Shown here one piece after another: positions 47,852-56,876 of a DNA stretch of 64,000 nucleotides; the stretch's first letter is position 1, and each line of letters begins with the position of its first letter. Under the pieces are notes generated by a model. It searched no databases. It was not told the origin of the DNA and saw nothing but the letters and a program-made list of their open reading frames with translations. Location of the stretch: positions 20,730 through 84,729 of IMG/VR virus record IMGVR_UViG_3300050011_000164, one strand, 5' to 3'. The translations under genes and the position numbers were made by a program. The stretch is from a virus.

Positions 47852-48462
47852 TAGAACTGTATCCTCTCTCCAGAGCCCGCGTGCGGGTATTTCCCCGTCA
47901 CGTACTTAGAAAACTCGATGTTTTTTCCGCCAGCCTCGAATGTCAAAACGTTGTTTCCCCAAGTCGCACGAGTGTCCGTGCAGACCGACAACCCGTTGTC
48001 CTCAATGTGAAACGTTATCGGCAAGTCGAAATTCTGAGAATATTTTATGCACTCATGGGCAATGCCAGTTTCCGATGTCATGTCCCCCATGAAGCAGTGC
48101 ACACGATTAGTTCCTCCGCTACGTTTAATCCCAAGGGCGACCCCCAACGCTATAGAAACAATCCCGCCGACGATGCCCGAAGACACGATTCGATGCTTCG
48201 GAAAGCACAGCGCGATGGAACGACCCGCCAAAATCTCGGTCTTCAATTCGTCCTTGGGCACTCCCTTCAGAAGGCACTGGTAGTGACTGCGCCAAGAGCA
48301 CATGACCCAATCTTCGGGGTTGACGCCTTTGAACACCTCCAGCATGTGTTCTTCGCCGCCACTGTATAGGTGGATAACCGCCCTGATCTGCTTTGCCTTA
48401 AACAACTCGGCGATTTCCGTTTCGAACTGAATTAAATCTTGTGCTGTTAAACCCGTATTCAT
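47851..48462 (-). CDS. TPP-dependent dehydrogenase E1-alpha-like subunit
   Basis: HLYSGGE, WRSHY, GIVGG, GD...ETG..HE...EDN TPP motif. Confidence 0.85.
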   Translation of the reverse strand: MNTGLTAQDLIQFETEIAELFKAKQIRAVIHLYSGGEEHMLEVFKGVNPEDWVMCSWRSHYQCLLKGVPKDELKTEILAGRSIALCFPKHRIVSSGIVGGIVSIALGVALGIKRSGGTNRVHCFMGDMTSETGIAHECIKYSQNFDLPITFHIEDNGLSVCTDTRATWGNNVLTFEAGGKNIEFSKYVTGKYPHAGSGERIQF

Positions 48463-49262
48463 ATTCTAATCCACCTCGTAGGGGTAATGTCGGATTGCGC
48501 GGGGTCCCATTTTATGTGCCTTATATCCGCGAACCAACGGTACGGGGATATTACCACCTTGCCACGAAAATCCCCCAGCCAAGCACCCCACCAACTGAAA
48601 GAACTATTTGCGATCACAGCCTGTTTGCATATACTCATCAAAAATAAGTCTTCATGCGCTCGTCCTCCCTTATTGTGGTCTATAACTCTACACCCTTGGA
48701 AGTTTTGACGGCACCAATCGGGATCATCCGAAAAAATGAAGAAAGTAACATCCGACATTCTCTCACGTATACACTCTATGGCTTTTTTGTAGTAGTCCAG
48801 CGTTAGATTGCCTATCCACGGGGCTATATCAGGCAGCAGATAATCCCCTCGGCGGACATGAACAAATGCGCTGTTTGACGTTGCCAATATCTCATCAGCT
48901 ACACGTTGTGTCTGCTCACTCACCGCGTCTCGCAGAGATAGTTCCTCATGAATAATTTTCGGTTCAAAGTAGTATTTTTCAGTTTGCCAGTACCCAGAAA
49001 AATGTGGGTTGGCTGGGGCCGTATACACCATCTCGTCATAGGCGAAGATGCGCTCCTCATACTGTGGGTGACCACCTACATCTGCGGCAAATGTCACGTT
49101 GGTTTTGAATGCGTCAAGAGAGTATGGAAATCGAGACACCCCATCGACCATATCCGACCGTTTTTCAAAAAAGAGTTCTTCATTTCGCGCTTTGGACACG
49201 GAACGACCGAAGGCATACTGGAACATTTGGTTGCCCACACCCCCTTGGAGTCGAACAATCAT
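48459..49262 (-). CDS. GT11 alpha-1,2-fucosyltransferase family
   Basis: GGVGNQMFQYA, GYWQTEKYF, VHVRRGDY, FSDD..WC, NSSFSWWGAWL. Confidence 0.92.
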   Translation of the reverse strand: MIVRLQGGVGNQMFQYAFGRSVSKARNEELFFEKRSDMVDGVSRFPYSLDAFKTNVTFAADVGGHPQYEERIFAYDEMVYTAPANPHFSGYWQTEKYYFEPKIIHEELSLRDAVSEQTQRVADEILATSNSAFVHVRRGDYLLPDIAPWIGNLTLDYYKKAIECIRERMSDVTFFIFSDDPDWCRQNFQGCRVIDHNKGGRAHEDLFLMSICKQAVIANSSFSWWGAWLGDFRGKVVISPYRWFADIRHIKWDPAQSDITPTRWIRI

Positions 49263-49936
49263 ACGCACTCACTCGCGCAAGCGCGTAGCATTTCTGGACT
49301 GCACGGGTGGAGAGCGATAAATTTCGGGTTTCGAGGCATTGCGCTTACTCCCACAAACTTGTTATCTACGCTGACATATCGTTCATCGTGCTTTGGCATG
49401 ATTCCAGCATTGCGGAGCACCGATCCTACCCAGTGATCCTCTAAATCGTTGTTCGGACGTGCATTGGCGACCAACCCAGCGGCTTTGGCACTCAGCCAGT
49501 ATCCGAGGCCAGTGGCGTATTGTGCGTGCGGTTTACTGGCATTGACACAACCCACATAATCACACCTTTCAAATTCGCTACTCAACAAATTGTTCACCCA
49601 GACAAACGTATCATCATCGACCTTGAAAATGAAGTCGTAACGCCCGCCCGCCCACGCACACATGCCTTTCGTCTTATACGGCAAGCTTCTATAATCATCC
49701 GCAACATCCAAAAACACCTCATCAGGTAGAGGTTGACGGTTGGCACCTCGTCCGTAAAAGAATCTAACATCAACGCTGGGATATGCCGCCAAATCTTTCA
49801 CCCAAGTCTCTCGACACGCAGCAACCTGTGCATCTACTGGAATGGAACGGTGTTTCTCCTTATTCGTCCAATCCCAGCCCCTACCCTGCACTGGAACGTA
49901 CCTATGACAAACGAGAAGAGCTACTAAAATTTTCAT
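49259..49936 (-). CDS. GT31/fringe-like glycosyltransferase
   Basis: RETW, DDYRSLPYK, KVDDDTFV, G.GYWLS, EDHWVG. Confidence 0.8.
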   Translation of the reverse strand: MKILVALLVCHRYVPVQGRGWDWTNKEKHRSIPVDAQVAACRETWVKDLAAYPSVDVRFFYGRGANRQPLPDEVFLDVADDYRSLPYKTKGMCAWAGGRYDFIFKVDDDTFVWVNNLLSSEFERCDYVGCVNASKPHAQYATGLGYWLSAKAAGLVANARPNNDLEDHWVGSVLRNAGIMPKHDERYVSVDNKFVGVSAMPRNPKFIALHPCSPEMLRACASECV

Positions 49937-50646
49937 GCATTCCTCGGGTCTGGTGGTTGGACTCCATTGACGGCGGGGCGATTCGGAGCACCGGGTTTGG
50001 GAACACGAAACACCTTGGTGCTAGGTTTCCTGTTCCAAGCATTGTAGTCTTCCCCGAGTTCCATGGCGGGGGGATGGTCATATAGATATTTATTGAGCAC
50101 GCTTTCGTCGTGCCAAATGGGGACAAAATTGTTCTTGGTGTCGATGTCCACAATCGTAGCGCACTCGCGGCACAACGCGAGGAAAGCTTTAGATGTTCCA
50201 CCGTAGGACATTCCCGTGTACATCTTGCGGATGTCTTTCTTGCTCAAGCAAGCTGCGGATCGCGGGTTCTCCTCGGGAGTGCAGTACGCCCCTTTGCTCA
50301 GGATGAACGATGTGTGAATCGTGGCCGTGATGCCATCACTCAAAATCTCTTCACCCACTGGAGCCACAATCTCGCTGTCAACATCCATATACCAGATGAA
50401 ATCGTGTTGAGATAGCCAAGTCTCTTCGCCCAAGAACGTGTGGAACCTACGCCACGTGACGTTGGGCCAGCCGAGATGAGGCGACTTGACTTGTTTCGCA
50501 ACGTCATATTGTCGCTCGCTATCCGTGAACAATAGGATGTCCGTCTGCTGTGGTAGGAAATACTTCTTCGCGCTGGCAACTACGGGCTCAATATATTTGT
50601 GGTATCCTGCCCCCGTGCAGATAAACATCAAGGCAAATTTAGACAT
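49933..50646 (-). CDS. GT6 (ABO-type alpha-1,3-Gal/GalNAc transferase family)
   Basis: ICTG.Y, FTD, W....RRF, YMDVD, YGG, WHDESVLNKY. Confidence 0.85.
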   Translation of the reverse strand: MSKFALMFICTGAGYHKYIEPVVASAKKYFLPQQTDILLFTDSERQYDVAKQVKSPHLGWPNVTWRRFHTFLGEETWLSQHDFIWYMDVDSEIVAPVGEEILSDGITATIHTSFILSKGAYCTPEENPRSAACLSKKDIRKMYTGMSYGGTSKAFLALCRECATIVDIDTKNNFVPIWHDESVLNKYLYDHPPAMELGEDYNAWNRKPSTKVFRVPKPGAPNRPAVNGVQPPDPRNA

Positions 50647-51277
50647 GCAAGTCCTCCGAAATGTTCCCCACACAGGACACACACGTGGGATCAACTTTAC
50701 CCCGTGCAACATGCCATCGAGTGTGCCGCCCTTTGTCCCCCACCAGACGTAGGTGCCCGTTCTCGGCATTTATTAAGCCTTGTCTGTGGCCATTTTCCTC
50801 AGCCATGTTCGGGTACAACTCACGGACACGCTTCCCACCTAACCTCCCGCCTTTTGGTCCACCTAGCTTCCCAGCTTTGCTGGAATTTAAGAAAGCTTGT
50901 TCGGGGTTTGCTTTTCTCCATCGAGCACGTCCGGCCCTCGAAGCCACCCTAGTAGCTGCGGCACGGTCTTCGTAAGCATACGGTCCTCCCATCACTTGCT
51001 TCAGGGGGCTGGCTTGATTTTTGCCGTTAGACCACCAAGTGTCCATTCTCGCAATCCACATGGTTTCTTTGGCGGCTCTAATATAGTGGGCTTGCTCCTT
51101 GTCATGAAATTGCATCGTCCCTTCCCACAAGATGCGATGCTCATGCTTTGCGGGGTCAAACCATTTGTACGCACGATATCCGTAGCGCCGTACCTTCAGG
51201 GATTGATTGGTGCTACCCACCATGAGGCATTTTTCACCCTCGAAAACCCCGTAAATGATGAAGTGGTAATCTATCAC
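50639..51277 (-). CDS. GIY-YIG-like homing endonuclease
   Basis: IIYG...MVGST...R, ETMWI, N; GG-rich basic tail ending HTRWH...CVSC. Confidence 0.6.
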   Translation of the reverse strand: MIDYHFIIYGVFEGEKCLMVGSTNQSLKVRRYGYRAYKWFDPAKHEHRILWEGTMQFHDKEQAHYIRAAKETMWIARMDTWWSNGKNQASPLKQVMGGPYAYEDRAAATRVASRAGRARWRKANPEQAFLNSSKAGKLGGPKGGRLGGKRVRELYPNMAEENGHRQGLINAENGHLRLVGDKGRHTRWHVARGKVDPTCVSCVGNISEDLHV

Positions 51278-51705
51278 AGTCCCTCACTAATCGGTTTGAG
51301 ATACTGAATGGCTTTTGCGAGCAACTCGGGGGAGATTTTTAGTCTCTTCAAACCCTCCATGCAGTCGGCACAGAGTAATCCCCACACCCGCCCATCGCGG
51401 AAATCCACTAAAGTCTTCCTGTTATACAATACCAACGCCGAGTCGCAGATGCGGCACTTTTTATCCTGATGCCGCCAAAGTTCGAGGTACTGTCCGGGTT
51501 TCATCAGGTATTCGCGTTCGAGGAAGGCATCGTAGGTGTGGACCTTCGCCCAGAAAGTACCACAATAAGTGTTGTGACAGGTGCGGCAATAGTAGGAGCG
51601 ACCGCTGGCGGTGCGTTTGTTAAAGCCAAAAGCATCCAGTATGAGCCATTTTTCGCACTTTTTACACCATTTCTCCTTGTCGTTGAATAGCCGCTTGCGC
51701 CCCAC
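51274..51705 (-). CDS. Endonuclease VII-like Zn-finger protein (catalytic residues appear degenerate)
   Basis: CKKC...CRTC; Q..KCRIC...VD...VWGLLCADC...L.KAIQYL. Confidence 0.7.
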   Translation of the reverse strand: MGRKRLFNDKEKWCKKCEKWLILDAFGFNKRTASGRSYYCRTCHNTYCGTFWAKVHTYDAFLEREYLMKPGQYLELWRHQDKKCRICDSALVLYNRKTLVDFRDGRVWGLLCADCMEGLKRLKISPELLAKAIQYLKPISEGL

Positions 51706-51726
51706 AAATCCTCCTATTATTGACTC

Positions 51727-51785
51727 CTAAATAGAGAGTTCGCTAGTTAACAGATTTTATTCGCTACCAAACCCATCTTATGTAG
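51727..51785. promoter_or_regulatory. Divergent pair of putative late promoters
   Basis: ACTAGCGAACTCTCTATTTAG (-) and GCTACCAAACCCATCTTATGTAG (+). Confidence 0.45.
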
Positions 51786-51811
51786 AGGATACTTTCCTCC
51801 GAGGAATCACC

Positions 51812-54334
51812 ATGGGCGTACCAACAATCGGTCCTGTTTTCGTGTTGACTCAGGTTTCCAACGCAGTTTTCCCATATCTGGGGTCACCAACTGGCAGCAC
51901 AACCTACACGGGAACCGTCACTGGCGGGGCAGCATCGGCAACGCAGCCGAACGGAGCCTACGCTGGTCAGGCTTTCATCATCACTGGCTTTACCAGTCCC
52001 AGCAACAACGGCACATTCAGATGCGTGTTCTCCTCCGCGACAACCCTCGTCCTCAGCAATCGTAATGGCACGGCTGTAGTTGCCGCTGGACAAGCCCAAT
52101 TGGTTATAGGGCACGGCACTCCTTTGCAGTATGCTTCAAAAATTTCAAACCTCGCGTCAAATGACCAAGGCGATAACGTCTATGTGAGCCCCTTGGCTGG
52201 TGACACGCTTGTTGCCATCGCATTCGGCCTCAAGAGCCTCGATCCATTCGATCAGCTTCACGGCGCATCCACCCATTTCGGCTACCTACAAGGCTTGAAC
52301 GACTTCATGCCCAATGCTCCGACAATCTCGGACAACTCGACATTTACTCCCGAGTCCCCACTTGCTGTGAGACTTGGCACGGCTGCTAACTATGCCCTGC
52401 TCGCCTACAGCGGCATTACGAACACGGGCGCATCGGTCATCAGTGGTGGAAACATCGGTTCAGCACCGACAACTGGAACGGAAAGCGGATTTACCTTCGT
52501 TTCTCCAGCCGCGATTGACAACGCCAACGCAGCGGCGGCTCGCACCGCAGGCAACACTGCCTTTACGTACTACTCAGGGCTGGCTCAGACGATGGCACTC
52601 ACGACCGCCGACATTGGTTCATCGGGCACTCAGCACAGTCCCGGTGCTCCAAACGGCACTTACTATGCTGGCGTGTACGTCAGCGGAAGCTCTATTGCGA
52701 TCACCACAGCGGTCACTCTTGACGCCCAAAACAACCCGAACGCGCTTTTCGTGTTCTACGCCACAGCCAGCACCATCACACAGGCTATTGCTGGAACGAT
52801 CACTCTAATCAACGGCGCGACCCCCGATATGGTCGTCTGGGTTGTCGGAAGCTCTTGGACTACCACTGGTCCGGGCGCTGTTACGGTCGGTAACATTCTG
52901 GCTTACACGAGCATCACGCTCGGTGGTGGCTCCCTCAACGGTCGCGCTCTGGCGGTTGGCGGCGGCAATGGCGCTGTAACTATCGCGGCGGCTACGGCGG
53001 TCACAGTGCCTTCCCTTGGCGGTAGCGCCAACAACTGGGTTCTCGTGGCGAACATCAACCTCGCAGACGCGGATTACAGCGGATACTCCATTCCGCCACT
53101 TGCTAACACTTCGTGGCCCGCAGCGGATTGGAGCATTGACGGTTACTACCCAAGTCTATACATTTGGGTTTGCGCTTCTGCAAATGCAGGAAGCTACAAT
53201 GTCAACCTCAACTCCGTTTACCAGAACGGCATCTCAGCCCCACTTGATCTGGCGGCTGGCAAGCCGATCTTCGACGGCGGCATCAACTTCCAAGTCATTG
53301 ACTGGACGGGCATGACGGGTGCAACAATAGAAATCGGCGGCTCCCCAGCTTCGGATTCGCAGGTGGCGATCACGGCTGCTAACCCCGCTGTCACCGCTCC
53401 AATCGTTACATCTGGCGGCGGCAGCCCGCCTGTGGGTGATCTTGTCATCGTAGTAGGTCTCCAGAAGAACGCCAACGGTCTCGGCCTTGGTACGGATTCC
53501 ACGATGTCAACCTACAGTTCATCTGTCAATGCTGAATTGGGCACGGCAGCTAACTATGCTTTGCTGGCCTACAGCGGAATCACAAACGCCTCGGCCTCGA
53601 CCTCGGTAACGGGCGGCGTCATTGGCTCGGCTCCGACGATGACTGAGACAGGCTTCAACCCCCCAGTGGTAACAATCGACAACGCCGATGCAGCAGCGGC
53701 TCGTCTTGCAGGTAACGCAGCGTTCGGCTATTACAGCGGATTGACCGCTACGCAGTCGGGTCTCGCAGACCTCAGCGCCAACGACGGTGGCGGGGGAGCG
53801 GGTGTCTACTACGCTGGCGTATTCAAGGGCGGTGCATTCCTAATGCCGACTGGCATTACGCTCGATGCTCAGGGCAACTCGAATGCGGTCTTCGTGTTCG
53901 TCGCATCTTCAACCGTCAACCTTGCAAGCGGTCAGTCCGTGACCTTGGTCAACGGTGCTCAGGCATCAAACGTGATCTGGGTGGTCGGAAGCTCCTTCAC
54001 GTCGGTTGCCAACAGCAACATGGTTGGCGACATCTTGGCCTACACCTCGATCACTCTTGGTGGCGGCACCCTCGTTGGGCGTGCACTCGCCGTAGGTGGG
54101 GGCAACGGTGCTGTCAGCATCAGTGCTACGACCGTCATCACGGTTCCTAGTGGAAGTAGCGTCGTGACCAACGGCGGCTACAACATGGTCAGCAGCGGGA
54201 AACTGGTTGGCTCTGAAGCTCACTACCTTGTGGAGTGGGGCGTTCAGGGTGCACCGGGTTCTTGGACACCGCAATTCGCGAATCCACTCGGCTATGAGAC
54301 TCTCATCGCTGCGGTTGCGATTAGCCATAGCTAA
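51812..54334 (+). CDS. Probable virion protein with two DUF3494 ice-binding-like domains
   Basis: Twice LGTAANYALLAYSGITN...AGV...LDAQ.N.NA.FVF...L.NGA....V.WVVGSS...G.ILAYTSITLGGG.L.GRALA....GAV; no signal peptide; GAGGA RBS. Confidence 0.88.
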   Translation: MGVPTIGPVFVLTQVSNAVFPYLGSPTGSTTYTGTVTGGAASATQPNGAYAGQAFIITGFTSPSNNGTFRCVFSSATTLVLSNRNGTAVVAAGQAQLVIGHGTPLQYASKISNLASNDQGDNVYVSPLAGDTLVAIAFGLKSLDPFDQLHGASTHFGYLQGLNDFMPNAPTISDNSTFTPESPLAVRLGTAANYALLAYSGITNTGASVISGGNIGSAPTTGTESGFTFVSPAAIDNANAAAARTAGNTAFTYYSGLAQTMALTTADIGSSGTQHSPGAPNGTYYAGVYVSGSSIAITTAVTLDAQNNPNALFVFYATASTITQAIAGTITLINGATPDMVVWVVGSSWTTTGPGAVTVGNILAYTSITLGGGSLNGRALAVGGGNGAVTIAAATAVTVPSLGGSANNWVLVANINLADADYSGYSIPPLANTSWPAADWSIDGYYPSLYIWVCASANAGSYNVNLNSVYQNGISAPLDLAAGKPIFDGGINFQVIDWTGMTGATIEIGGSPASDSQVAITAANPAVTAPIVTSGGGSPPVGDLVIVVGLQKNANGLGLGTDSTMSTYSSSVNAELGTAANYALLAYSGITNASASTSVTGGVIGSAPTMTETGFNPPVVTIDNADAAAARLAGNAAFGYYSGLTATQSGLADLSANDGGGGAGVYYAGVFKGGAFLMPTGITLDAQGNSNAVFVFVASSTVNLASGQSVTLVNGAQASNVIWVVGSSFTSVANSNMVGDILAYTSITLGGGTLVGRALAVGGGNGAVSISATTVITVPSGSSVVTNGGYNMVSSGKLVGSEAHYLVEWGVQGAPGSWTPQFANPLGYETLIAAVAISHS

Positions 54335-54385
54335 CTTTCGGCGTTGGCGGGTGGGCAACCACCCGCTTAACGTGGAGTCACAGCT

Positions 54386-55351
54386 ATGAGCTACAACAGT
54401 CAGCTTGGCAATACAACCACATCCGTCTTCGGTCTCATCCTATCTCTGTACGACGATCAGGAACACCGTGAGTACAACTACAACTGGCAGATACTCAACG
54501 CCAGTGTAAACGGCGGACTCCTATTCAACGGTGTTGCTCCCATCTCTGGACAGGTGCTTACGGCGGAATTCGTAGGATCACCCCCTGTTTTACAGGCAAG
54601 CTGGCAAACTCCTTCGGGTGGCGGCGGTGGGGTCACTTCCGTATTCGGCAGTGTGGGCGTCATCACGACGCTCAACAATCCAGTGTTCACTGGCACAGTC
54701 ACCGCAAATGCCATCAGCGGTTCGAGCGGCACCTTCACAATTGGCGCGAATGGCGCGAGTATCTCAATCATCAACACTGGAAGGATCACGGTCACTCCTG
54801 CTGGTGGGACGGAAGTCGCTCTCGGCAACACGGCTCTGACAAGTGCGTTGCATGACGGCACGGATGCCACTGGTACGGCAGGTCAGTTGCTCAGTTCGAC
54901 AGGTGGTGGCACCCCTACAACGTTATGGATCACTCCTAGCTACGCACCATTAGCTTCCCCCGGGTTCTCGGGCGTACCAACTGCTCCCACGGCGGCACCG
55001 CTAACGAATGACACCCAGATCGCAACCACGGCCTACGTTGACGCTGCCACTGGCGCTTCCAAGACACAGACCGTGCGCCTTACCGTTGGCACCGTAGCCA
55101 CGGGGTCTGTGCAAGGACCATACGCGCTCAATTTCACCACGCCGTTCGCGGACAACAACTACACGGTTCAGGCATCGGTAGTAGGACTTGAAGTAGCTCC
55201 GGGAACCTTAAGTGTCAGCGCGAACTACCCGCCCCTCGCTATTGCTTACGTGGCATATCAGGCGGCGGGTGCGGGCGTGAACGTGTGGATCGCTAATCAC
55301 GACTCAATTGTTCACACGGCATACATTCAAATCACCGCGATCCACGATTAG
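54386..55351 (+). CDS. Tail fibre-like protein
   Basis: SPGFSGVPTAPTAA..TNDTQIATTAYV tail-fibre repeat; GTAGQLLSSTG; C-term FTTPFADNNYTV. Confidence 0.75.
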   Translation: MSYNSQLGNTTTSVFGLILSLYDDQEHREYNYNWQILNASVNGGLLFNGVAPISGQVLTAEFVGSPPVLQASWQTPSGGGGGVTSVFGSVGVITTLNNPVFTGTVTANAISGSSGTFTIGANGASISIINTGRITVTPAGGTEVALGNTALTSALHDGTDATGTAGQLLSSTGGGTPTTLWITPSYAPLASPGFSGVPTAPTAAPLTNDTQIATTAYVDAATGASKTQTVRLTVGTVATGSVQGPYALNFTTPFADNNYTVQASVVGLEVAPGTLSVSANYPPLAIAYVAYQAAGAGVNVWIANHDSIVHTAYIQITAIHD

Positions 55352-55437
55352 TAAACTTTGATGTGGTATTTGCTGGGAATCCTGTAACGTCTATGCGCGG
55401 CAACGAAATCGGCTCCCTTCTTCATTCGACCGCAGGC

Positions 55438-55470
55438 AACGGACACCCGAAAGTGCCCGTTTTTATTTTG
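55438..55470 (+). terminator. Probable terminator
   Basis: ACGGACAC-CCGAAA-GTGCCCGT followed by a T-run. Confidence 0.55.
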
Positions 55471-55512
55471 GAAAAACCCCTAAAAATGGGTTAAAGTTTA
55501 GTATTATGCATC

Positions 55513-56121
55513 ATGGTTGGGATTTATTGCTGGGTAAATGTTGAAAACGGGAAGATTTATGTTGGCTCGGCAACCGATGTAGCTCGCCGAAAATATCACC
55601 ACACCAGTCTTTTGAAAATCCAAAAACACCCCAATACGCACCTTCAAGCTGCTTGGCTCATGTACGGTGCCCACGCTTTTGAGTTTGAACTTCTGGAACA
55701 GGTGGACGACTTGCTTTGGCTCCGTGCCCGAGAACAAGCTTGGATTGCTCGACTTCAAGCGTGCAATCGTGAGTTCGGCTACAACGTCACCAGCGATGCA
55801 TGGGCACCCGTAACCTCGCCTGAGACCATTGCCAAGCTGAAGAAGGCTTGGGTAGCACGGAAGGCACGAGGGGACTATTACAAATTCACAACTGCGGACA
55901 CCGTGAAGGGTGTGACGGCTGCTGGCAAGAAGAACAAGGCTCGTTGGGAAGACCCTAAAATCCGAACTGAGATGCAAGAAGCACAGAAGGCGGGTTGGAC
56001 ACCTGAAGTTCGAGCAGGTCAAGCCAAGAGATTAGAACAGCAAAAGTTAAAGGACCCTACAATGTTCAGCCGTGGTGGTAGGAAAGGCTCGGCTGTTCGC
56101 TGGGCAAAGGAGTTACAATGA
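55513..56121 (+). CDS. GIY-YIG homing endonuclease
   Basis: GIYCW.N..NGKIYVGSA...R..H...L...H.N.HLQ.AW..YG...FEF..LE...REQ.WI...GYN. Confidence 0.9.
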   Translation: MVGIYCWVNVENGKIYVGSATDVARRKYHHTSLLKIQKHPNTHLQAAWLMYGAHAFEFELLEQVDDLLWLRAREQAWIARLQACNREFGYNVTSDAWAPVTSPETIAKLKKAWVARKARGDYYKFTTADTVKGVTAAGKKNKARWEDPKIRTEMQEAQKAGWTPEVRAGQAKRLEQQKLKDPTMFSRGGRKGSAVRWAKELQ

Positions 56122-56864
56122 GCGCAGAGTGTACTCCATATTTTGATTCCATTACCGCTGCCCGTGCAATGCTCCTAACCGAAGAAGAGGCCCTCGAAGG
56201 GCAAACACTCCTCAGCGCAGAGTCCGACCCAAAGAAGAAAGAGGATCAAAAAATCCTCACTTACATTCAGGAGAATTTCCCAATGTTCCTGAAAATTTTG
56301 CGTCTCCTGAAGAAGGAGGATCAGGAACTTTTGCTGAGCTACTACCTGTTGAGTAAGACCCAGAACACGCTGGCGATCATACACCGCAGCACGCAGACAG
56401 TGTGCTCCTTCCGCATCCGCATGGCGGTCAAAGTGTTGTGCGCTTTCATCCTGTATGGAAAAGAGTTCACCGAAGAGAAGATGCGGGCCGTGTTAGTTCA
56501 GGCAAAGCTTGAGAACAGTATCAAGAGCGTGCCCCTTAGCACGATCATCGACCTGTACATCAAAACTCGGAGCTTTCAGCGGGTCGCCGAGATTCACAAG
56601 CTCCACCGCCCCGACATCCGCCGTGCGATGAGTCGGTCGAGCAAGCAACTACTGGAATCCAAGGACCCTGAAGAGAAAGCATTGGGGGCGTTCATCCACA
56701 GTCTGATCGACAAGGCTAACCCTAGCGGTACGGGGTTTTCGAAGCGGAAGGTTCAGAAGTTGGGGAATATTTACAGAACCGATCCCGCGATACTAGGCAA
56801 CTTTCGAGTCAAGATCACTGACCCCGACTTCGATCACATGTTTGTCAGTCGAGCGAATCGGTAG
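56118..56864 (+). CDS. Sigma-70 region 4-like double HTH protein (candidate phage sigma or late regulator)
   Basis: LKKEDQELLLSYY...KTQNTLA.....TQ..CSFRI; second HTH SFQRVAEIHKLHRPDIRR. Confidence 0.5.
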   Translation: MSAECTPYFDSITAARAMLLTEEEALEGQTLLSAESDPKKKEDQKILTYIQENFPMFLKILRLLKKEDQELLLSYYLLSKTQNTLAIIHRSTQTVCSFRIRMAVKVLCAFILYGKEFTEEKMRAVLVQAKLENSIKSVPLSTIIDLYIKTRSFQRVAEIHKLHRPDIRRAMSRSSKQLLESKDPEEKALGAFIHSLIDKANPSGTGFSKRKVQKLGNIYRTDPAILGNFRVKITDPDFDHMFVSRANR

Positions 56865-56876
56865 TATACTTGGGGA

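Noticed and set aside
47312-48462. Calling the TPP pair a pyruvate dehydrogenase auxiliary metabolic gene
   Set aside because: Both subunits are truncated, no E2/E3 is present and they sit inside a nucleotide-sugar operon
55352-55437. Possible riboswitch or ncRNA after the tail-fibre gene
   Set aside because: Only weak pairings and no recognisable aptamer consensus; only the terminator hairpin is supportable
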